Positions 45,210 through 52,519 of a stretch of 52,519 bases of DNA are shown piece by piece. This DNA comes from Proteromonas lacertae (taxonomy: Eukaryota): contig NGBS01000920.1 of assembly GCA_002245135.1 (NCBI GenBank), positions 1 through 52,519 on the forward strand. The letters are read 5' to 3'. Position numbers and translations under genes: made by a program. Below the pieces are notes generated by a model. It was not told the origin of the DNA. It ran no database searches and was given only the letters and a program-made list of their open reading frames with translations. The number at the start of each line of letters is the position of its first letter. The first letter of the stretch is position 1.

Positions 45210-45253
45210 TATGTTATTTAAAAACAACAAGAATTTTTAGAATAATAAAAGAA

Positions 45254-46207
45254 TTAAAAAATAAGAATTTCTAAGCATAAAGTTACTTCATCCAAACTAA
45301 TTCCATAGCCATCCTCCTGAGAAAGGGATATTGTTATTAAATCATTTTGATGATAACCTATTCTTCTAGCAGTTAATTTAGGATTAGGATTGTTATATAC
45401 TATATAAGGTTCTTCAAATCTTTCAATAGGTATATTTGCCAAAACATTAGAATCCTCATCCTGATTGACAGTATCGAATCTTATCTGCAATTGACTTACT
45501 GATATTAAGGTTGGTCTGCAAGGAAATTCATATTTTTGAGGATTTGAAATGATTCCATTAATCACTTTTGTATTTGTTATTTCACTTTCATCATATTTCT
45601 TTTTCCATAAAACTATCTTTATATCTCTATGATCTTCACCAAATAATTTGAATATATTATTCAGAAGTTCCATCCAAATATCCTCTACCCATATAAACTT
45701 TTGAGGAATTGGTGCTTCATGCGATTTGAATACATACTTTATCTTATAGTCTAAATCTAACTTATTCTTTCTATTAATACTTATAATATTTGCAGGATCA
45801 ATTAGTTCATTTGGTAGTATTATATCATCTTTAATATAAGGAAATCTTCTCAAAAATCCTTCATTTATAACATTGAGGATTTCATCCTCTGAATAGTATC
45901 CTAAAGGAATACGAATATTATTATCATATGATATAGTTTGTAAAGGATCTATTTTTCCTGAATCTGGATCTATTTGTAATTCTTCTCCGTGTATATGGAT
46001 TTTAAAGTAGTTATTAATGTCGAGTTGGATTGTTGGAAATGTATTACTAATTGATGCAGACAATAATGTAATATTACGGTATCGTTCATCAACGCTGGGA
46101 ACGCGTATGGTTCTATGGTATTCATCATGAGGAAGTTAGGGATCATAATCTTTTGTATTTACTATAAGCTTACGTTCAATATTATTAAAATCTTTCTTCT
46201 TTTGCAT
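45254..46207 (-). pseudogene. Minor capsid protein of C with one in-frame TAA (46136-46138)
   Basis: ATG at 46207 gives MQKKKDFNNIERKLIVNTKDYDP*LPHDEY...LLSASISNTFPTIQ, then RIPLGYY, VLANIPI, SQEDGYGISLD. Confidence 0.82.
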
Positions 46208-46264
46208 AATTTTAAAGAAATCTTAAAATAAATTCATTTAACAAATTCTTACTATTTTTGAAAC

Positions 46265-49200
46265 ATGTACCGTAATAATATAGGACCTCCTAATATGTCG
46301 CTATTTAATGCGATAAATCCTCCAAATCCAAATAATTATCCTCCAGTAAATCAAAATCCTCCCAATTTAGATCAGAATATTGCATATAAAGGACGTAATT
46401 TAGCTACAAATCCAAGATTTATTGCAGCACAACAGAGAGTGCCTATAGGACCAGGTATAAGTGATATGGGAAGATTGTATGAAGTTCCTACTGATAAAAG
46501 GATAATATTTTTAAATGCTGACAAAAAACCCTTTGATTCTCGTATTACTAATGGTAGATCTTCAGCATTTCATGATGCTTTATTAACTCTTTTAAAGCAA
46601 GGTACTTTGGCTAATTTACATGAAGGAGTTTATCCTATATCAGATGATTTTACTCACACAAATGTTATACCGGTTACTTTTCAAAGTAGACATATGTGGC
46701 ATCAATACAGAAAAAGAGTAGAAAAAATAATTATGAGACAGGCGGACTGCAATTATTGGCTTTTTTATATATACCAAAAATTAGATCATTACAGATTCGA
46801 TGGTACACAACCAGTAGATGGTGATAATGCTTATGTTGAGGATTTGAGGATTGGTACTTATGGAAGTGAATTTTTCAGAAAGTTAGATTTCGGATTAGTA
46901 TATGATAGATTTTACAGATTCATTAACAAAGTGTTTGTTCCTACAATTAAATTATGGAAATCGGATGCTTATTTGAATGAAAAAAAGAATGTAGCATGTT
47001 ATGCTATCCATAATATGATGTATATGGTGGTTAGGCATTTAGTAACTATAAGAGAATATTATGAAAGTTTGTTTCCTAATAGAGAGTTAAATAAAAAAAG
47101 GCAAAGAAGAGATCCTGCTCAATTAAGAATAGATATAGAGAAAACATTAAATAAAAATTTCAATATTCCTAATACTTTAGAATACGGAAGAGCATTAGGA
47201 GCAAAATGGAATCAAAACACTGTTAATGCTCAAGATAATCAAAGAAATAGACAACAGCAATTTGATGATCAAGCAAATCATTATGGACAAAATTGGTGGA
47301 CTCCACATTGGTGGACAAATATGAATAATGCTCAACAAAATATTCCTAATAATAACAATAGAGATGCTCGATATGTTCCAGCTACAACAAAGGAAAAATT
47401 ACATTATCTTAAATACAAACTTTTATCCTTTGCTAGGAAATTTCTTTTATGTAAACTTATATTTGCTCAAGATCAAAATGAATTAACTACATTAGCTATG
47501 CATGCTATAGTAAAAACAGAAGTAGGAATGATAGTGTATATTACAAAGATGATAAGTAATTTAGATATATCTGTAAATCAAGTTCCAGGAAGGAGAGTAG
47601 CAAATCCTATAGATATTCCTAATTTCAGTTTAGATTATGAATTTGATGATAGAGTATATAGAAGATATCCTCATCGTCTATATGGATCTATGAGAGTAAC
47701 TGTTAAAGCTGTTAATGATAATCCTCATAATTATCCTAAACCAAGAATATATATTGGAAATCCTTTAGATTGGCCTTATTTTGGAACTACACGAAATCCA
47801 TCCCCAACTTATAGAGGAGCCTGGTATTGGTATCCTACAGTTCCTAGATATGTGGATGCTCAATTAGGAGGTAGAGAATATATTGCTATGCCTGGCAAAT
47901 TACATCCAAATCCATGGAGAAGAGGTCCAGAGGAAAATTATAGAGGACATAGAGGAAATATAGAAAATCAGAATAAAGTGATGCCTTATATGAGACGTCC
48001 TGATTGGAATTATCCTAATCATACTGATATTCAACAAAAGACTGCACCTTATTGGGAAAATAAGATATTCTTTAATCGAAATAATAATATTCAAGGACCT
48101 ACTAGAAATGATGATAAATGGAAACAACCAGGTGCTGATGCAGCTGTTCCAGGACATTCAAGAGCATATGGAGATCCTGTATTTAAGAATTTAGATGAAA
48201 ATGGGAATATTCGAGGTAAATTTGGTCCTTTGGAAGGTCCTTTAGATTATAAAGAATATGGTAATCCTATTAGCGCTGAAATGATATCAGCTATGGGAAA
48301 TCAACGTGCTAGATATACTTGGCAAAATTTACCTGCAAATAGACAAGGAAGTTGGGGTAGCGGACAATGGTATTGTCCTCATTTACAAGATGGAGATGGT
48401 AGATATTATACATATGTTCCAGATATATTAAAAATAGAAGATTGGACTCATGACAGATATCCTAATGCTAATTTTTATGCTTTATTTAAGTATATGAGAT
48501 TACCTTATATTCCCGAAGATCATCCAATATTTGAAATGCTGCCAGGTATAGATCCTGCAAATAATCATCAATGGACTATAATTGATGTAAATGTTCCACC
48601 AAGTATGAATCAAAGAGAATGGCCATATATATGGAGAAGAAAATTAGGAGTAAATAGAATGTATTTACCACCTCCAGGATGGTTACCAAAAGGTATTACT
48701 GAACATCAATTACAAAATATGTACTATGATGTATTCTTAAATAAGTATAAAAATATGAATCAAGCAGATAAACTTGAATGGGGAACATACATAGGAACTC
48801 AACAACCTTTAGAGAGAATAGCAAGAGGATATTATGGAGGTGCACGACAACCAAATGAAATGAATAGAGAGATAATTACTGTTAATAATGAATATTTGCA
48901 AAATATATTTGGAGATTATCAAATTAATCCAGAAGAGAATAGAATGACATTAGATAAAAATGAAGCATCAAATTTAAATGCAGAGGAAATAGTTAAAGTG
49001 GATCAAGATATTACAAATGATGCAAGTAAAAATTGGCAACCACAAGAAGCTCATTATACTAAAGAATTGGATAAGAGTGAAATGATGAAAACAGCAGCAC
49101 AAAAAACAGATGAAGATTTTAGAAGTGCTTTAGATAATAATAATAATAATCCTCCTCCTCCAGAAGAACAAGCTCCTCCACCTCCACCTCCTCCTGTACA

Positions 49201-49501
49201 AGAAGAGGATGATGAGGATATAACTCCTATTAAAGTAAAAAGAGGAAGAAGTGATGTTAATGAAGAAGATGAAGAAGAAAGGAAGAAAAGAAGAATAGTA
49301 TATAATGATGAAGGCGATGTTGTTCAAGAGGATGATGATGATCAAATGGATGAAGATGATGATTTAGATGATCCTAATATCCGACCTCAAGATGTATTCG
49401 CAGAAGAGGATAATAGACAAAAAAGAAAACGAAGTGAAGCTGTTTTTGATGAGGATGATGTAAATGAAGAACCAATAAAAAGAGTTAAAATAAAACATTA
49501 A
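46265..49501 (+). CDS. Large hypothetical protein (1078 aa), positional homologue of 15445-18243
   Basis: Intact ORF with a W/Y/P/G/N-rich middle and an acidic tail with basic NLS-like clusters. Confidence 0.85.
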   Translation: MYRNNIGPPNMSLFNAINPPNPNNYPPVNQNPPNLDQNIAYKGRNLATNPRFIAAQQRVPIGPGISDMGRLYEVPTDKRIIFLNADKKPFDSRITNGRSSAFHDALLTLLKQGTLANLHEGVYPISDDFTHTNVIPVTFQSRHMWHQYRKRVEKIIMRQADCNYWLFYIYQKLDHYRFDGTQPVDGDNAYVEDLRIGTYGSEFFRKLDFGLVYDRFYRFINKVFVPTIKLWKSDAYLNEKKNVACYAIHNMMYMVVRHLVTIREYYESLFPNRELNKKRQRRDPAQLRIDIEKTLNKNFNIPNTLEYGRALGAKWNQNTVNAQDNQRNRQQQFDDQANHYGQNWWTPHWWTNMNNAQQNIPNNNNRDARYVPATTKEKLHYLKYKLLSFARKFLLCKLIFAQDQNELTTLAMHAIVKTEVGMIVYITKMISNLDISVNQVPGRRVANPIDIPNFSLDYEFDDRVYRRYPHRLYGSMRVTVKAVNDNPHNYPKPRIYIGNPLDWPYFGTTRNPSPTYRGAWYWYPTVPRYVDAQLGGREYIAMPGKLHPNPWRRGPEENYRGHRGNIENQNKVMPYMRRPDWNYPNHTDIQQKTAPYWENKIFFNRNNNIQGPTRNDDKWKQPGADAAVPGHSRAYGDPVFKNLDENGNIRGKFGPLEGPLDYKEYGNPISAEMISAMGNQRARYTWQNLPANRQGSWGSGQWYCPHLQDGDGRYYTYVPDILKIEDWTHDRYPNANFYALFKYMRLPYIPEDHPIFEMLPGIDPANNHQWTIIDVNVPPSMNQREWPYIWRRKLGVNRMYLPPPGWLPKGITEHQLQNMYYDVFLNKYKNMNQADKLEWGTYIGTQQPLERIARGYYGGARQPNEMNREIITVNNEYLQNIFGDYQINPEENRMTLDKNEASNLNAEEIVKVDQDITNDASKNWQPQEAHYTKELDKSEMMKTAAQKTDEDFRSALDNNNNNPPPPEEQAPPPPPPPVQEEDDEDITPIKVKRGRSDVNEEDEEERKKRRIVYNDEGDVVQEDDDDQMDEDDDLDDPNIRPQDVFAEEDNRQKRKRSEAVFDEDDVNEEPIKRVKIKH

Positions 49502-49507
49502 TTATTA

Positions 49508-50077
49508 TTATATTTTTCTAAACTTGGTGGCTAATAACCTTGCTCTTTCCTCTCCTTTTACTGTATTGAAATTTGTTGCATCAACGAATGATAGGTTATG
49601 CAATAAAATATCTCTTAAAAATAAAATAGCATGATATCCACAAGTGGACGTTGTTATCCTTTGATTAACAACTCCATTTATTTTCAGCTTATAATCTTGT
49701 TGAGGATCTGCTTTAAGATGCTTGATATACTTAACAAAGGACTTGGTATGTTCTGGCTTTTCTCCAAAACTATCATAATAAAGGAATTGATGTTTATCAT
49801 TATCAATTACCAAACTCACCCAATGACCAATCTTTTCAGGAGGATCCTTCCTCTTCAAAGTACATATTATTACTCCCCACTTATTCAAATTCAGTTTAGG
49901 AATGCTCTTAATTTCATCCCATAAAAACACTCCCCCAAACCTACTTAACATTTCAGGAAAGTTTGATTTTATTACTTTAGGAATATCATAGTTAGATAAA
50001 GCCATGTCATATGGTTTCTTGGATTTTTCACCATGTCCATATACTCTGTTATTAGTAAAGCATAAACGTAGTTTCAT
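49508..50077 (-). CDS. Adenain-like maturation cysteine protease, element C
   Basis: IGHWVSL, YYDSFG, VNQRITTSTCGYHAILFL. Confidence 0.93.
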   Translation of the reverse strand: MKLRLCFTNNRVYGHGEKSKKPYDMALSNYDIPKVIKSNFPEMLSRFGGVFLWDEIKSIPKLNLNKWGVIICTLKRKDPPEKIGHWVSLVIDNDKHQFLYYDSFGEKPEHTKSFVKYIKHLKADPQQDYKLKINGVVNQRITTSTCGYHAILFLRDILLHNLSFVDATNFNTVKGEERARLLATKFRKI

Positions 50078-50152
50078 CCTAAAAATTGCAAGAAAATGAG
50101 AAATGAATTCATTTTTAATTTTCTATTCATATTTGAAAACAACCAATCACAT

Positions 50153-50551
50153 ATGAATGTTTTAGGTGGGCGTAAACGACGTTATCGAAGAGGTAGATCC
50201 GTTTCAAGAAGAAGAAGAGGACGAAGAGGAAGATCAAGTGGAAGGTACAAGTTTGGCTTGATGGGTAAACTTATAAGACATGAAGTACCGAATACAATGT
50301 TTCGAGGATTGAAGAAAGGAAGAGGAAAAGTAACTGAAGTTGCAAGCAAAGCTTTAGATATCATGAAGGTATTAGGGTTAGGAAAAGTTAGAGGAGGAAT
50401 AAGATTTGGCGTAAATGGAGGTAGAAGACGTAGAAGAAGAGGCAGTCGAGCAAGAAGACATAGACATCGTACATACTGTATAAAAGGAGGAGCACATACA
50501 AGTATTCCTATGAAATTAAATAATTTCCTTTTAAGTAAAATCTCATCTTAA
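50153..50551 (+). CDS. Arg-rich protamine-like core protein precursor, element C
   Basis: VLGG-RKRR, LGLG, VRGG, VNGG-RRRRRR, IKGG; C-terminal LNNFLLSKISS. Confidence 0.75.
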   Translation: MNVLGGRKRRYRRGRSVSRRRRGRRGRSSGRYKFGLMGKLIRHEVPNTMFRGLKKGRGKVTEVASKALDIMKVLGLGKVRGGIRFGVNGGRRRRRRGSRARRHRHRTYCIKGGAHTSIPMKLNNFLLSKISS

Positions 50552-50591
50552 ATTTTTATTATTATTTTTATTTTTGTTTTTCTATATAAAA

Positions 50592-51095
50592 ATGAATCCA
50601 TATTACAATAACAATAGAAATCAATCATATTATCAGAATTACGATGATGGATTTTATGATGATTATTACGATGATGATGACTATTTATCTAAAAGTGCTC
50701 AAATAGACTTACAAATACTAAGTCAATTACAAGGATTGAACAGTGCATTTCAAACAGCATCTACTGCTCCTAGGAGAAAGCTTACATCAGAACAATATAA
50801 GAATAGGATTAAAAGTTTAGAAAAAGCTCGAAAAGCAAAAAAGGAAAAAACTAAAAAAACTGCTCCAAAAAAGAAAGTTGTAGAAGTAAGTTCAAGTGAG
50901 GATGAGGATGAGGAATCTAAAAAGTCAGTAGAGAGTGAAGGATCAGATGAAGAGGAAATTACAGAAAAGAAATCCTCTGATAAAAGCAAATTAAAGGATC
51001 CTCCAAAGAATGCTCCAATTGGTGAAGCCAAAGTAGAAAAAATTAACGGAATTATTATAGATCCTAGTAAGGAAGCATTTGCTCCATTTTATTAA
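50592..51095 (+). CDS. Acidic/basic virion-module protein, element C
   Basis: Homologous to 19585-20046. Confidence 0.72.
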   Translation: MNPYYNNNRNQSYYQNYDDGFYDDYYDDDDYLSKSAQIDLQILSQLQGLNSAFQTASTAPRRKLTSEQYKNRIKSLEKARKAKKEKTKKTAPKKKVVEVSSSEDEDEESKKSVESEGSDEEEITEKKSSDKSKLKDPPKNAPIGEAKVEKINGIIIDPSKEAFAPFY

Positions 51096-51135
51096 AATTT
51101 ATATTTTTAATTCATTTTTGTTTTTCTTGGGTAAT

Positions 51136-52453
51136 ATGAAAAAATCAAATATTATTAACAAATTGATCACTGAATTGGCAAAAAGAGTATCTTCTAGGAT
51201 AGGCAAGAGATCTCATAAAAGAAAATACAAAAGAAAATTAAATAAAAGTTTCAAGAGATTAGCATATGATATGGATGCTCCTGAATTAGTATACAATGTT
51301 AACCAATCTAGATTGGATCATTTACAAGGAATGCAATTCGATAGCCAATTACAGAAAATAAATGAACTGAAAAACAACTTAATAGATATTAATAAAAAAA
51401 TAACAGACTATGAAGGAATGGAATCTCTACCAGTTAATGAGGATAATAAAGATGAAATCTTCAAAAGAGAACAAGAAATGATAAAATTAAATTTAGGAAA
51501 ACAAAGATTAGAAAATCAATTGAAGATGATGAAAGGAGGATTTATGTTTGGAGCTTCTGATCCTCTAACAAGAAGTGTTCCATATGGAAGGACAGGAAGT
51601 ATAAGAGATTCTTTATTACCAAGAATGTATGATCCTAAATCAATTCCTACAGGAGGATTAAATTATGATCCTTTAAAAGATGGAGTTGGAGATGCAGATA
51701 TAAGTAATTTTTTAAAAAGTAATTTTTAATTCTTATTATATTTTGTTTATAGGTTTGAATGAAAGAAATGAGGACAATTCTCGAAATATCAAGATTAATA
51801 AACTTATAGTTGAAAATTCCTATCCTTCTATCAATATTGTTCCTCCAGAAAGACCTCTTACAGTTCAACAAACACCTACTTTTACAACTCCGATTGCAAC
51901 TTTAGGAAGAACAACAGAAACTCCAATATCCTCTTTTGTAAATGAAAGAAAATTATCTGGAAATGTATATTGAACCAAAGAATTATTTTCTATCAAAAAC
52001 TTCAGGGTATGCTCAAACAGATGAACCTCAGTTGTTAAAACATTGGGTTAATCCTTCAGTTAATTTACCACCTCCTGAAAGATCATTTAGTACAGGAGGA
52101 AACTAATACAAATCCTCCTCCTGAATATAAAGATGCACAAACAGATGTGTATAAACCATTTCCTCCACCTCCTCCAGAAACTAAAACTGCAAGTACTATG
52201 TTTGATCCTCCAGCCTTTTCAACCAAAATGGAGTATTATGAATCGTCCTATAAAAAATTACATTACTCCAGATGATCCTCATTATGAAAATTATATTGCA
52301 CAAATGAATAGACAAGCAACATATAATCATGCTGTATTAGATCATCCTAGATATATGACACCAGAACAAAGAGCAAAATATAGTATACCTGATATCAATG
52401 AGATGGGACAAAGATATGATAATTTAGAAAAGAAAAATTCTCATTATTTTTAA
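51136..52453 (+). pseudogene. Basic-N-terminus/Pro-rich protein of C, with a probable 34-nt intron and later frameshifts
   Basis: GTAATTTTT...GTTTATAG (51719-51752) joins ORFs 51079-51729 and 51743-51973 in frame. Further shifts near 51970, 52100 and 52210. Confidence 0.6.
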
Positions 52454-52519
52454 AATACATCAAAATACAAAATCCAGATTTTCCGTTATTAACCAATCAA
52501 ATGTTAGCAATTAAAATTT

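Larger units (their letters stand above)
44127..52519. mobile_element. Endogenous Polinton-like virus segment C (left-truncated, runs off window)
   Basis: Same order and strands as A: MCP(-), minor capsid(-), large ORF(+), protease(-), core(+), acidic(+), basic/Pro-rich(+). Confidence 0.87.

Noticed and set aside
18318..46138. Alternative genetic code (TAA=Gln), suggested by about nine in-frame TAA codons with clean read-through in viral genes
   Set aside because: Intact genes (pPolB, MCP B, proteases) end in TAA at homologous C-termini, and 900-1350-aa ORFs contain no internal TAA. Frameshifts co-occur, and TAA is the expected commonest nonsense mutation from CAA/AAA/GAA/TAT in AT-rich DNA.

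Overview
Very AT-rich eukaryotic DNA. The host is flagellated, judging by decayed Hydin and axonemal dynein heavy chain fragments at about 1.4-6.15 kb. Most of the window is a pile-up of endogenous Polinton/Maverick-like (polintovirus/adintovirus-type) viral genomes. From left to right: a Ginger/Gypsy-type integrase remnant (1-~1070); host pseudogene fragments; a broken protein-primed PolB (~6155-9935) fused to Hydin and split by a hAT transposon (11-bp TIRs, 8-bp TSD); partly decayed element A (~9.95-23.2 kb); an intact 1355-aa pPolB; largely intact element B (~27.35-44.13 kb: integrase, protease, core proteins, ATPase, capsids); and left-truncated element C (44.13 kb to the end), which has the same gene order as A. 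Highlights not visible in the ORF track: (1) two divergent copies of a viral gene with two tiny (27-40 nt) GT-AG introns at identical positions; (2) a VA-RNA-like hairpin with a perfect Pol III B box and oligo-T terminator; (3) basic core proteins with adenain-type cleavage sites exposing pVI-like amphipathic helices; (4) a hairpin-bearing noncoding block far more conserved than its neighbouring gene; (5) a 40-bp-periodic palindrome array next to an AT-hook gene. All protein family calls come from motif recognition by eye, not database searches. No canonical Polinton termini were found, so element boundaries are approximate.
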